Shown here piece after piece: positions 26,001 through 39,400 of a stretch of DNA of 64,000 nucleotides. This DNA is from Phoronis australis (lineage: Eukaryota > Animalia > Phoronida). The stretch lies in NCBI GenBank assembly GCA_002633005.1, contig NMRA01000045.1:291456-355455 (forward strand), in the 5' to 3' direction. The position numbers were made by a program, and so were the translations under genes. The notes below the pieces were generated by a model. The model had not been told where the DNA came from, searched no databases, and was given only the letters and a program-made list of their open reading frames with translations. Positions within the stretch are counted from its first letter, which is position 1, and every line of letters starts with the position of its first letter.

Positions 26001-29000
26001 AAATTTCGTGAGCAAGAAGCGAGCATGTCTGTCCAATACAGGCAGTGCGACACACCTAACTGTTGCCTATAGCTTGCCCATTTCTTAGCGAAAGTCTAGA
26101 CATTGCTGTTTACAATTTTAGCTTGCACATTAACATCCTGTCTCTCCCCAACATTATTCTGTTACTACTGTATTCATAGGCTGATAAGAAGAAACCCAAA
26201 TACCGCTACAAGACCGCTGATGATGTCATAGCAATGGGAGGCAGACGACCGGTGGCCAAGAAGGTGGAGCATGCAAAGGTCAAGGTCATTGATATGACTG
26301 GACGAGAACAGAAGGTTTTTTCTGGTAAAGTTTCACTTCATATGAAAACTACTGATGTTAGAATGAGAAAAAATCCTGTTTGGTGAATTACAATAAAATG
26401 AAGTGCTTGAAATACGTTTCTGTAATGTTCATTGTGACTGAGGTTAAGTGTAATGTAAAAGAGCAGTTTGTATACAGCATCATTGGCTTGCAACGATTGC
26501 CATCACAAAACGATGAAGGTCAATTTTTCAACTTCACTAGGCACTCAGCTGTATTTTTTGAAAACAAATCCCTTAAAGCTATATTTAGCGCTGCAGATCT
26601 AAAATGGCCAAGTAAGATAAAAATAAGAATAAAGTGATTCATTAAGCCATAATAAGTCCTATGACCTTCACTTTGCCAGTATAGAGAAGTTCATGACTCG
26701 TTTTTTTTTGGGGGGGGACTGAAATTAAATTGAAACATTCAACGCTTCTCCTTGTGTGAAACATGATGTCCCAAGTTAGTCATATTACCGAAGCAGTGCT
26801 CAGTAAAGCTTTAACTGTTTTTCAACTTACGTAGCCAGATTGTAATTTTTTAAAGTAAAAGTGAGTATGGTATCATTTATGCGTACCTTCCCATCTCGGA
26901 GAAGTGGAGGTAGGGTGAACAGAATGGAAATGTTTGAGAATATTTTTATTTCAGGTTATCACGCGTTGAGCAGTCGTCATGACAAACCAGATGAAGAGGA
27001 GGAATTGTACAGTGAAACACCTGTGAAGAAGGTGTTTGATATGCCAGAACTGTTGCACAACCTGAATATTTTGGTGGATATGTCAGAGGAGGAGATTATA
27101 CAGAATGACAGGCAGTGAGTAGGGGGAATGTAGTGGTAGTGATGAGGAGGATGTCTTAGTGGGGAGATGTAGTGGTAGTGGTGAGGAGGATGTCAGAGTG
27201 TGGTCATGTAGTGGTAGTGGTGAGGAGGATGTCTTAGTGTGGTGATGTAGTGGTAGTGGTGAGGAGGATGTCTGAGTGTGGTCATGTAGTGGTAGTGGTG
27301 AGGAGGATGTCTGAGTGTGGTCATGTAGTGGTGGTGGTGAGGAGGATGTCTGAGTGTGGTCATGTAGTGGTGGTGGTGAGGAGGATGTCTGAGTGTGGCC
27401 ATGTAGTGGTGGTGGTGAGGAGGATGTCTTAGTGTGGTCATGTAGTGGTAGTGGTGAGGAGGATGTCTGAGTGATATAGTGCTGTTGTTATTCAACCTTA
27501 ACATTCTGGGGACCAGTCTGGTTAATTCGGCCATAATCCAAATTCACATTTAATTACATGTTTAGATGTGTTCGTAAACTACTGCAATGTTGTTATGTGC
27601 TAGTAATAAGTTGAAATATAAGCTTACAGTCTTAGCTACGACCAAGTGTACTATACGACCTTTTACAAAACTGTCCCTGCTGGATATGTCTGACTGGAGC
27701 TTTCATTGTTAATTGGTGCGATAAATTTTTTTTAAATGTGTTATATGAAAAGATGAGCAGTGGCAGTCATCTGTGGAAAGTTTAATTAGTGCAACACTGT
27801 TAGGAGTATTGGTAATGTTTGCTAGCTTTTGTCAGGTCTATGTGTTGTGTTGTATTTATGGAAATATACCAAACTGGTAACACTCAAGGTGTTTTTGCTC
27901 TAGGTTACGCCACGAGAAAGACTTGATAGTCAACCTGAAGTTTGAGCATGAGAAAATGACGGAACTATGTGACCAGGAGGAAAAACAGGTCAACAAACTG
28001 AAGCAGGTCCTCGAGATAATTGAAAAGTAAGTCTGGTGCTCATATTTATTCTGAGTATTATAGGCAACAACACACAAAATTTTGTATTGTTTCGTTACTT
28101 TCCCTTTTAATGGCCGTGTATCTTCAAATTGAATAAAAGTAAATTGGCAATGTCTGACACCATTAACCTCAAAACTTGTCTTTTAGTATCGAAGCACGTA
28201 CTAAGGAAGACAGCAAAGACCCCATTAGTCTGGAGGAGTGTGCCCAGCTGTTCTCAACACTACGCGATCAGTTCTATGAGGAATTCAAGATGTACGACTT
28301 AGCTGCAATGGCCATGGCTATGGCATTCCCACTGGTAGGTGAACACAGTTGATCAGTTGGTGTCAGATTAGGCCAAACAAAACAGCATGATTGGTTCTGG
28401 TTTGTGTTTTTTGTGAATTCACGCAATACGTTAGTTGTTCGTATTCTCTGCCCGTTGAAACGGGCTAGGATTTTTCTTTTCCAAACCCCAGTATTTCTGA
28501 AATGAGTTGTATCCTTTTTATATCCCTGTTGTGAGGTTGCTTTAAAAATGAGCCTGGCTCAGGCTGAAACCAATGACGTTACTCTTGGCCTTACAGCCAT
28601 TAATAGAGTCCAGTGCAATACCTAGTAGTTAAGAAGAAACATATTCGTGTAGTCATTAGATAACATGCTAACAATGAGAAATTAAAATTGGAAATTGTTA
28701 ACACAAAAGACCATCTACAATTACTATTTAGTGAACTTCTGGTTGATGTGTTCAGCTCACGTATTTCAAGACAACTTGTCTTGATTGCAGCTGAGAAAGT
28801 GTGGAAAATACTAAGAAAGCAAAGAGTGGTATTAACAATTATGTCGGATATCATTGATTACAGTAAATATACCTTTTTTAAGGATACAATATGAATAAAG
28901 TTGAATTTGATTTTGTCAAATTTCTCAATGAATATGATTTTTATGAAAAATTCACCTTTTGTTTTAATGTGGTCTGTATGGTACAGTTGTCACCGGATGA

Positions 29001-32000
29001 CATTTGGTTTTGAACATTTGGAGCACTGTAGTAATGGCTCGGTAGTTTTTTGCTATTCAAAATACTACAGGTGAAGAAGTATTTCTCAACGTGGAACCCC
29101 CTCCGTGCTGGCACACTTGGTATATCGGCCATACGATGCTGGAGGGACGTTCTTGAGGACACAGGTCGTCGGTATGGTAATGACCAATCCAACATGGACC
29201 CGTACCAGAAACTGATCTGGGATGGCTGGATGCCGAGCCTGAGGTCGGCTATCGTGTGAGTGAGAGGGGCATGTCTTGGTTTGTTTAGAATGAGTTTCTG
29301 CGAAATAAAAATGTATCATGTACACTTTTGCTCATGAATATCAGACTGTTCTCGAAGACTCTCCTTGGAAAGTGGTCAACTGCTTGTCATACTTTGATTG
29401 AACTTTCAATTTCCACCTTGTGTGATTGTGTCGAGTTTCATGCAAAACGTAGTGGCCACCTGTTGCATTCTGCGAGCATACTGTCATAGCAGAGTTGGGT
29501 TTGTATGTTCATACATGTCTGGCTTAACTTTGTTAAAATTGTGACGTACCATAGGATTGTTGGAGATTTGTATAAAGCCTGAAGCTCCTATGAAGCGCAT
29601 TTCATTCTTACTGAATTGGGTGTGTAATGTAATTGTTGTACATTTAAGCATAGCTTAGGATTGGTGAGGGAAGAGTGGCCATTCAGTTTCACTTGGAAGA
29701 ATCCTGTTAATGTAATTGGCTTATTGGTGCATTAACGTGAGGGAAAAATAACTTATGGTGCAGCACTACAGTGAAATGGCATACAACCAGTTATGTCTTA
29801 TGGTGCAGCACTACTAACAGTGAAATGGCATACAACCAGTTATGTCTTATGGTGCAGCACTACAGTGAAATGGCATACAACCAGTTATGTCTTATGGTGA
29901 AGCACTACAGTGAAATGGCATACAACCAATTATGTGTCAGTGTAGATGTTGACTGGTATTGATGTGTTTTACTTGATGTGTGCATTGTGTAACTGTTTTT
30001 TGTTATCTCCCCTGGCCAGATCTTGGGATGTCCGTCAGCCTGAGCCTCTCATTGAGTTTCTCGAGAATTGGATGCCAGTCCTGCCGACATGGATATTTGA
30101 AAACATCAAGACACAGCTTATTATGCCGAAACTGCAGGTAATTTCTATTAAGCTCAACCATTCGACAAAAAGTATTCGACATTGCAATGTGGAGCCAGCT
30201 AAGATTGTAGCCCCTTGGATAAGTCTGGGTTACATTCCGTAGATGCAGGGCTTTGGCTAGTAAAGCTGGCGTGATCATATGACTCTCTTGTAATCAGCGA
30301 AGACTTGTGTGATCCTGCTTTTCTCTCAAAACACTTGAGATATGGAACGCCGCCCTGAAACATCATTTGTAAATTTTGCATTCGTATTGCATTTATTTTT
30401 CCACGTTCTCAACAGTATAGCATACAGCGTGTTATGGTATACATGTTATGAATTGTGTAAATATTTAGTTTTTAAAATATTTGAACCTTTGTTGGATATA
30501 AAGCGTGTCACTACGCATGTCCTTAATTCAACTGTTTCTGTTTTGCGAAGGTAGAGCACCTCATTGTATGGTTGACCTAGTTTGAATGGTTGAGATGCTA
30601 ACTCAGTTCTGAATATAAGGAGCGGTGTATTGTGCAGCACTTGGTTTGTCAATTTTTGACGTCTGCTTTGCAACTTGCTGTGCAACAGTAAAACCTGCTG
30701 CCCCACAGATGCGTAGAATTGTGGGTAATTTTCTTAGAATCAGAGTGGAGTTCTGGTATTTTGGATTAGTCTTGTTTCTTAAGAGGGGTGTTCCTTGATA
30801 TTGTATTTGTTTCTCTTTTGTTGACAGAGAGAGGTAGACAACTGGAACCCGTTAACTGACACTGTGCCAATACATGCTTGGATTCACCCCTGGCTTCCTC
30901 TCATGGGTGAGTAACAGCATGCATTTTGATGAGATTTTAGGACAAACTCTATGTAAACCAAGTTTTTATTAGATTTTGTGTCAGACAAACTCTTGGTAAC
31001 ATCATACATTTTAACAGTAGTAAAGTTTAAAGCATTGCAAACTCTATGTAAGCCACGTTTTTAAGATTGTTGGTCGGGCAAACTCTCGGTAATGTCATGC
31101 ATTTTATCGGTAAAGTTTTAGGTCTGACAAACTCTACGTAACTTGTGTGTTTTGATGGTAATGGGAATTTTCAATCGAACTATTTAGTCATGAAACTGTT
31201 TTTAAAGGATAAGAAACATTTTCATACAGATATGTTAAAATTAAAATTGTAAACTATTTATTATTCTTGGACAGGTCATGCTGTAATGAAGCCATTTGCT
31301 AAAAAAGCAGTTGTTTTCCTTCAGATTTTAAGTCAGAATCCAATCTGTGACTTTATTAATCTCTTACAGATACTTAGAATCTGTTGATTTTGCTTCATAG
31401 TGGCATTTCCATTCCAATGACGCTTATTTTAGTTGTTATTTCCACAAAAGGCCTCTTAGTCCAGTTTATTGATTGCAGCTGCATAATGTATCCTCTGGTA
31501 TTGCAGGTAAAAAGCTGGAGATCCTGTACCCGCCAATCCGCCACAAGTTGCAGTTTGCACTCACTAACTGGCACCCATCCGACCCGTCAGCCAAGATGAT
31601 CTTGGAGCCGTGGAAGACCGTCTTCTCACCTGGTCACTTGAGCGCTTTCTTGACAAAGAACATCATCCCTAAGCTGGCCCTCTGCCTGTCAGAGTTTGTT
31701 ATCAATCCTCATCAACAACACCTAGGTGAACTGTTGCAAATAAGATGTTCTTTTGTTGATCATCAGCACTTTCCCTAGTTGTGGAAGTGCCAGTTACTTG
31801 AATGGTTGCAAGGGTCATTTTCTCTTATGATTTGTAATTAATGTTTTTATGAGCACTTTTGTAGCCAGACATTTTATGTCAAATGACGCGCATGCCAAGA
31901 GAATCTTTGTCGTTAATTGGTTTAATCCAGAAAGTGTGTGTGCATTTACATTATTGTTCATACTGTAGCTGGTATTGGAGCCATATACTTGTGTTGGTAC

Positions 32001-34848
32001 AGACATGCTCGTGCTAGTGAACTTGATGAATAGTATGTCATTGTGACTGCAGGTGGCAGGTGCATTCGTACCAAGCATTTGTAGCCTGAACAAGTTACCA
32101 AATAAATGATTGGGTTGAAATCTGTCTGAGTTTCTTATCACCTTACCAGAACCCATGACAAACCCAAATAAACTTTCTTGGTTTTTAGATGGCTGGAACT
32201 GGGCCATGGCATGGAAGGACATGATGCCCAGTAGTGCTGTGGCCACTTTGCTGGACAAACACTTCTTCCCCAAGTGGACGCAGGTGTTGTGTACATGGCT
32301 GAGTAACAACCCCAACTATGATGAGGTGACCAAGTGGTACACAGGCTGGAAGTCTATGATTCCTGAAGATGTACTGGCGCAGCCTGCTATAAAAGGTGAA
32401 AAAGAATCTTAAAATTCAACGTATCCTAGTTAGGGAGAGAGCAATTGTTCGCCTTAATATAAGTTCACATCAATATTTTAACGCCGCAAGATGTGCCCTA
32501 TCAAGTACCTAGTAAGGTTGTTCTTGTAAATCAATGAACTCTTCACCAAGCTATTTAGTGTGGTGGACTACGGCATGCATGTCTCAAGCTCCTATGGTCA
32601 AATTTCACTTTTCATGTTATTACAGTTCTGTAATCTCATCATGGTCGCATTTTTTCCACTGCAATCAGAATCTCGTCATTCTTTGTCAAACACTGTTACT
32701 CTTATTCATGTGTTACTACCAGGTCGTCACTCTTTTGTTTGCTTCAGATCACTTCTCGCAGGCATTGTCCATCATGAACCGTGCTGTGTCAGCCAACTTA
32801 CAGCCAGGGGCCCGTGAGAATGTGGCTTATCTTCTTCAAACTGAGCGTCATTATGGCATGGAACCCTCGACCAAGCAGGCCGATTCTAGAGCAACAGAAA
32901 GAGCCTCCGAGGTGAGTGTTAATGGTTGAGAACAACTACATCAATCCAAAAATGCAAGCTCACCTAAAAGATCTCATTGTCTAAGAGTTTTAATCAGGGC
33001 AGGATCAACTTGTTGTGGGGCTTAAGTAACTTATGAGAGAGGAAGCTGGAAATTGTTTATTCTATTGAAAACTACAGGGCTTGGAATTTTCCGCGGAAAC
33101 GCGGATTTCCGCTTTTTTCAAATGTTCTGTCCGCGCATTTTATTGTATTTCCGCGTAAAAAAATCGGATTTGATATAAAATTTCCGCGGCAAATTCCTTT
33201 CTTACCGCGGCGTTGCAGACGACGTTCACCTCGAAAAGCAGAAGTTGCTCTTTATGTTTCGGAGGAACGTAAATTGTCAACATTGCCGGGCATCTGGGAT
33301 AGCGTGGTGGGATTTTCAATCGCATCTCGTGTTATTGTAAACCGTGGCGACAAATACTACGGCTCTGCAGCCAAAAACGTGTGGGTTGGGAGTGGACGGA
33401 CGAGCTAAAAGGACGCAGACGCATGCTACTGATGGTGGTAACGTTTTTTTTTTTAGTCCTCCCGATTTTTGTCGGGGAAAGGTTCACATCGACCATTTCA
33501 TTCAAGGCTGGGTAGCGCATTATTTGGGTCGTAAAAGTTTCTGCGTTTTTTATCATAGGTCATTCCAAGCCCTGAAACTAAAGCAGTCATTGTAAGTGAG
33601 GTTATCGACTACATTCTGATAAGGGCTTCTTTAATCACATCTGGATTCGATGTATGTCAGGATGGTCATGATCTGCTCATAAAATCCTTGATAGAAATTT
33701 GGAAACACCGTAAATACGTCGCAAACAAGATTATTGTGCTTCTGCATGGAAGATGCAAAACTTTTAAAAAATCAACGTTATTAGTGCATGTAATTCAGAA
33801 AACTGCATTGAACTGCTGTTTTCCGAGACAGTGCAATGTACTGTTTGTCGGTAGTTTCTCCTTTGCTATGACTTATTGGCCCAGTGTTTATAGCTTGTTG
33901 GACTGTCACACAGCCATGTGCTAGATAGATGACAATGGCTGCTGTTGTTTCCTTGAATAGAAAACTACTCAAACTGTACCAGTCATCTAGTTGTGTTAAT
34001 GAATATCAGTCTCTGATGGGGAGTAACGTGCGATGGACTAGCATCTAAAGTTGCTTGTGTTAGGACTGCCCCACTGCAGAGATCTCAAGGGTGACAGGGT
34101 CAGTGCTTGAGATGCAGGGAATATTTGCTCGAAGTAGGGGTACAGTGTAGATCTTCCATTTCACTCCGATAATGAAAAGAATGACTATTTCTTGACTTTT
34201 AATATAAACTCACAATGTTTTAGATTACTTTGGGATGGTTCATGATAAAAACGTTAGTTTACAGGATGGCCACTGGGTGGTGTTAACATGGCCCACCTCA
34301 TTTTCAGGTACTTCCGATGTTCTCGGAACTGTAACCCAAAACCAGTTGAGAATGCATTCCTGTGTATTTATGGACTCGAAACAAGAGTTCCGAGGGCTTT
34401 CAGACAGTGCAAGATTTGATTCTATTGAAAATTTAATTATAGACAGCATTAGCATGAAAGAATTAATGTAATGCAGGTGAAGATCACTGTATCATCCGAA
34501 TGCGAGAGAGTACATTGTACCATTGACTCTGACGACTCGTACATAGCATTTCGTTTTTGTTGAAATACCCATTACATTGGTATATTTTATTTTTCACAGC
34601 CTGCCAGGAGTACTCCGCTTGCCTCACTGGTTCCAACACGATTCCGAGAACTGATTGAGAGAAAGGCAGAGGAGAACGGCATCATATTCATGCCTATCCC
34701 CGGGAAAAAGCAAGAAGCCAAACAAGTTTTCAGATTTGGAAAGTTGCAAGTTTACATCGACACTGGTGTGGCCTTTGTTCAGGAGACCAGCGGGCAGTGG
34801 AACCCAGTGTCACTGAATACTCTCCTTGATAAGGCAAAAAGTGCATAG
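20079..34848 (+). CDS. TFIP11: Tuftelin-interacting protein 11 (Ntr1/Spp382 homologue; G-patch and GCFC domains), spliceosome disassembly factor
   Basis: Exons 20079-20187, 21623-21774, 22397-22509, 23194-23248, 23980-24198, 26180-26324, 26955-27114, 27904-28026, 28187-28334, 29071-29255, 30020-30137, 30828-30906, 31507-31725, 32189-32395, 32748-32911, 34600-34848 (TAG). Motifs ATYGIWAD, G-patch [73 protein letters not shown]. Confidence 0.96.
20640..21340 (-). mobile_element. Degenerate 3' fragment of a CR1/L2-group LINE in TFIP11 intron 1 (partial second copy ~17470-17975)
   Basis: Frameshifted peptides [45 protein letters not shown] and [17 protein letters not shown] resemble the post-RT C-terminus of CR1/L2 ORF2. 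Confidence 0.7.
24167..25490 (+). repeat. 86-bp minisatellite at the TFIP11 exon 5 donor, seen in two haplotype versions (4 versus 6 extra units)
   Basis: GTAGGTGTGG at 24199 (true donor), 24284, 24370, 24456, 24542, and after the N at 25024, 25110, 25196, 25282, 25368, 25454. Non-repeat sequence lies at ~24580-24972. Confidence 0.92.
27120..27473. repeat. G-rich minisatellite, 39-bp unit x~9, immediately after the TFIP11 exon 7 donor
   Basis: gtagtggtRgtggtgaggaggatgtctgagtgtggtcat in tandem. Confidence 0.95.
28371..28590. mobile_element. Old MITE-like element, possibly PIF/Harbinger-type
   Basis: Imperfect TIRs GGCCAA...ATTGGTT / AACCAAT...TTGGCC, with TTA on both sides. Confidence 0.45.
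29752..29936. repeat. Minisatellite, 45-bp unit x4
   Basis: cttatggtgcagcactacagtgaaatggcatacaaccagttatgt in tandem; one copy has a 3-bp insertion. Confidence 0.93.
33075..33574. mobile_element. 500-bp hAT-like MITE in the last TFIP11 intron
   Basis: Perfect 13-bp TIR CAGGGCTTGGAAT / ATTCCAAGCCCTG, AAACTA on both sides, many subterminal CCGCG motifs; a second copy of the left end lies inverted at 49270-49426. Confidence 0.88.
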
Positions 34849-35328
34849 TTTAGTAGATGATGATAATGTTGAATGTTATTTTGTGGTAAACAACCTTCTG
34901 TTTCTGATACTAACACTTGTTTTCTTTGTTACTTGTGCTTGTATGCTAAAGCTGCGACATAACCACACCAACCCAAAAACCAACTTTTGATCAAGACTAC
35001 TCTAAGAGCCACCTAGTCTCATTTCTTACACAGAATAGAAAATAACTTTTAGACTTGACAATGAACTGGCGTTAGTAAATTTACATTAAGTTTTGTTAGC
35101 CCTCATGCAATTGACCCAAAAACTAGCAGTTACTTAAAATATTTCATCAGCAAACCTTTTTAAATCATAAAATGATCCCATCTCGACGAAGAAAAGTGGA
35201 AAACCAAACATTCTACCAACCATCGTATCAATTGTAATGTTAGGGGTAGGATGAGAAGCTATGAAAATGGACAACCTACATCAAATAAATGTACGCACGA
35301 TATACAATGTAAGAATACCGTGAACATA

Positions 35329-35408
35329 TGAATTGTATACTGGCTATTGTTAATACTGGTCATTGTTATGAATTATATACTGGCTATTGTTAATACTGGT
35401 CATTGTTA
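35329..35408. repeat. 40-bp tandem duplication
   Basis: atgaattRtatactggctattgttaatactggtcattgtt x2. Confidence 0.85.
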
Positions 35409-36453
35409 TAATTGATGGTGGAAAAGAATAAAAGTGACACAAGTGAAGTTGAAACCTTTGAGTTTATTCAGGCCGAACTATTACAACAAGTAACCAACGA
35501 AACCCCCGTCGCAATTAAATCACCGACAGTCACCTGGAGATGCGCTGTCGTCTATGACTTTGGTGTATTATATGCTTCTGTAGAGTTCAATTACTATTGG
35601 CTGAGCGTACAGTGAATGACTTAACTGTGGCGAGGGTTTTCTTAAACAAATGGGATAACAGAACAACATAATGAAAACAAATGTCCACCACAATCTTGAA
35701 GTGCCACCCAAATCTATCTCAACCACCACAAAACTAGAAAATTTTTCTTGCTTTTTAGAATCTCTTTCACAACGGAAACAAAAACTGAAAGGTTGCAAAT
35801 CAAGATTTCGGTGGAACTGACAACAGCTTTGACTGAAGTGAAGCGTCCGTTTGGGAAGTTCAAGAGTAGTTAGCACCAGTAATTAAGTTTAAATACCGCA
35901 GTGTGACTCGCTTTATACTAAATGCAACCTGCGAATACTTGAAAGCCACAGCATGGAGATTTTTAAGGAACAGACCGAGGCGTAGATCCCTGTTTCATAT
36001 TCGCCTTATAGAATTCATCCACTATATCACAGAACAGGCACAATACATTATAATAATTGACCCAGTTATCTGCCACCGATTAATTAAAATTCATGGTGTT
36101 CCCACATTGCACTGAAATGTAATTTGCACACGCATTCACCTCAAGCTGTTACATGGCTGAGAACAAGCATATGAGGTTTAAATGTATCGAGATCACTTTG
36201 TTAACGTATTCAGGTTTAGATTAACACACTGACCTGCTATAAAGTGAATGGCCAGTCAACATTGTATTGGATTAACACTCCTTTGTCGACGAGAGATTCT
36301 AAAGGATGCCGAGTGACAATTGAGCGAAAAACAGCTATGGATCGGCGAAGCTACCGGCCGATGACGAGAAAAATAAGAAACGATACTGAAACAGAAACAA
36401 TAGTTTGAGCTTTCAAAAGAGAAACACTGCATGTGTTTCAATCTCATTTTATG

Positions 36454-39400
36454 CTACGGGGACAGACACAGGGTTCGGACCAGCTTAAATCCCCTGGTGC
36501 CATCCGGGCCTTTCGGCTGACGAGTGACAACTAGTTTTGGCAGGTCGCTCTGATCGCTTACACTCTTCAGTCTGCTCAACAAGTGTTCAGGGCGTTGTCT
36601 CTCACTGTAATCAAAACAAGAAAGTGGTGTGAATGGGACTTTGTCAGACGACAAATCATTCTCACTCGGTACCCGGGGTGCAGCTAACAGACCAACCAAC
36701 GGCTCGTTGTATTTGTGAGTACTTCAACATAATTATTTTTAAATTAAAAAATGACAAAAATAAGCACACCCAATAATGAAAAGTGGAAAAACAAATCTTT
36801 CACTTTTCTTATCAAACCATCTCAGAGGAATGAGGGTCCTGTATGGGAACTAATTAATACATTAAGGTGGAGAAAATAGAAAAGCTAATATAAAACAAAC
36901 CGGACTTGTAATAGCATAACAATATTAGGTACTCAAGACTCACGTGATCTTGCGCAGGCTGCAGGCCGAGTACTTCAGGTTGCGCTGGTTCTGCACTACA
37001 ACAAACTCGACCTCATCGCCTGGCTGTATGGTGGCGCCATCGTGCACCTCGCTCAGGTGGAAGAACAGCTTTTTGCCTTCCTCTGCCTCGTACTGGATGA
37101 AGCCAAACTGAGGAGGGAACAAAACAACAGATCGTAACTACAGAATGGTAGGAAAACAATTAATACAAGAAATGCTGTGTAAACCAGACCAACACTCAAA
37201 ACTTGAGAATAAGTTCAGTACCTGCTTGCAAAGTCGTACCAATCTGCAAGACAGTGTGACAAAGGCTTTTATGTGGGTTGCTCAGTCAGTTGGCAACAGT
37301 GGGGAAAGACTGCTCACGTCAAACCACTAGCTGCACTACTGCAGTGTTGAGGTGTTGCAGCTGAACTATGCATTTATCTCTCAGGTGGGGTACTAACCAT
37401 GTCAGAATAAGAGTCGGGTGAAATTGCCAAAACTGGTAGTTTCCTATCAGAGTTCAGTATCCCTTGAACTATACAGGAGATCTCACAATTTTCTGCCTTA
37501 CATCAATAGCACATCATTGCCACAGCACATATATGCTGCCCTTCTCCCAACACCTACCTGTCCCTTGACTGAATCCACCTTGGCCCGAACATACTTTCTA
37601 ATAGCAGCCACATTGACGGCGCGCACGTCACCCGTTGCCCTCGTCTTGGCCACCTGGAAGCGTACGGCGTCGCCCTTCTGTAGGAAGTCACGCCGATCGG
37701 CCAGGCTGGCGATGCCGTACGGGTAGCACACTGTCTTGGCGTCACCTGCTGGAGAAGAGCGATTTACTCAGGTTGCACAATACTCCTTCCCACTAAAACG
37801 GAGGGATATGGAGGGGAGGGTATAATGTATGACTGCCACTGCTAACATAAATACCTGATAACACACGCTTATCTAACTGGGTAAATGGCAGAGACAAAAT
37901 CCAATTAGCTGCATTGCTTAGTTTCTACCCAAAGAACCCTGTCATGTTTTAAAAAACCAGGAGTGAACACAGCTGTGTCCTTCAGTCTATTTCATTTCAA
38001 GACATACAATCCATTCCACAGATTTCTGACTCCACTGATTACTGAAATATGAAGTGGCCATCTCAAATTTCACACATTGTAAAGATTTTGCAGACTTATC
38101 CCCCTCTAAGGCATATGCACGCATTAAAAGTATCCCAGTTCAAAAATCCATTACTTTGAGGAAAATAAATAGTGCTTTTCTCGTTCTCCTGTACAGATCA
38201 GGCTCTCTGTGGCAAGTGCCTGTCGACTTTGCATAAAGCATTTACTTGAACCACGCACAACTGCTTAGTCAATCCACAGCAAGTGTCAAACTGCAACACA
38301 AACCTTCACCGCCCACTTGCACCAGTCCGCAGTACTCCTCCTGCTCTGGATTCACAATTCTCATTGGTCGCTGGACAATGCCACTCAGCATCGCTGGCTG
38401 GGTATCCTATAAAATAGCATCCAAGTTATTGCAACCGGTTTGGGTCGCAACTTAAAGCTATTAGAAGGTCACCTTCTGTGAAAAATAACTGTAATATCAA
38501 TGATCATCACTGACCCCAGTGCTGAGACATCACGCCACTTGGCAAGTACAAGTCCAAAAAGATTCTCTCCCCACCGGTGCTCAAACCTGGGAACTTCTAC
38601 AATCTGTGCACACGCCCCAATCCACTGAGCCATCAGGACCACCAAGCCATCAGGACCACCGAGCCATCAGGACCACTGAGCCATTGGGACCACTGAGCCA
38701 TCAGGACCACTGAGCCATCGGGACCACCAGTGGAATACAGACATCTAATCAGATCGTGGACTTCTTTAAAGCACACGATCTGATTAGATGTCTGTATTCC
38801 AGATACATGTATAAAACAGGCCTGAACCTGTTTCTTGCCAAAATCAAAAGTGATTCCTAGCCCTGGAAAGAACTGAGAGAACGTTCTAGCTCAAGACGTG
38901 CTCGTCATACAAAATGACTCGTCGTCTCAATTCAATTCATTGAGCCTGGTCTCAAACAACAACAAACTGTCAGTTCCATTGAAACTCACTACAGCCCAAC
39001 TCCACAATGCCAGGTTCATTTACAGTACGTATCATAAGCTTGTCTAATCTGACCCAAACATTTCACAGCAGTATTCTTCGACGTCTTACCACAGGGCAGA
39101 CTGTGCCTCGTTGCACTTTGCGTATGTTCTCCGCACTCAGCTTGCTACTCTTCTTAGTCAATGAGTACTCCACCTCATCAGCCAGGTCCAGGCTGTTGGC
39201 ATCACCCTCGAATGCACTGCAACACAATACAAAAAAGACAATCAGTTGAGGTTGGGAGTCTCTGCAAAATACAAACATACAAACACCAGTTTAGACGACA
39301 CCTCTGTCTCTTGTAAATCATGAAAACTATGTCCCACGTTTTTTTACACCCAATGGCAAACATCAGTGTTTTTGATAAACCTGTCAAGACAGTCTAGCAA

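Noticed and set aside
27193-27534. His/Pro-rich 113-aa ORF on the minus strand
   Set aside because: Translation of a 39-bp intronic minisatellite; no independent gene evidence.
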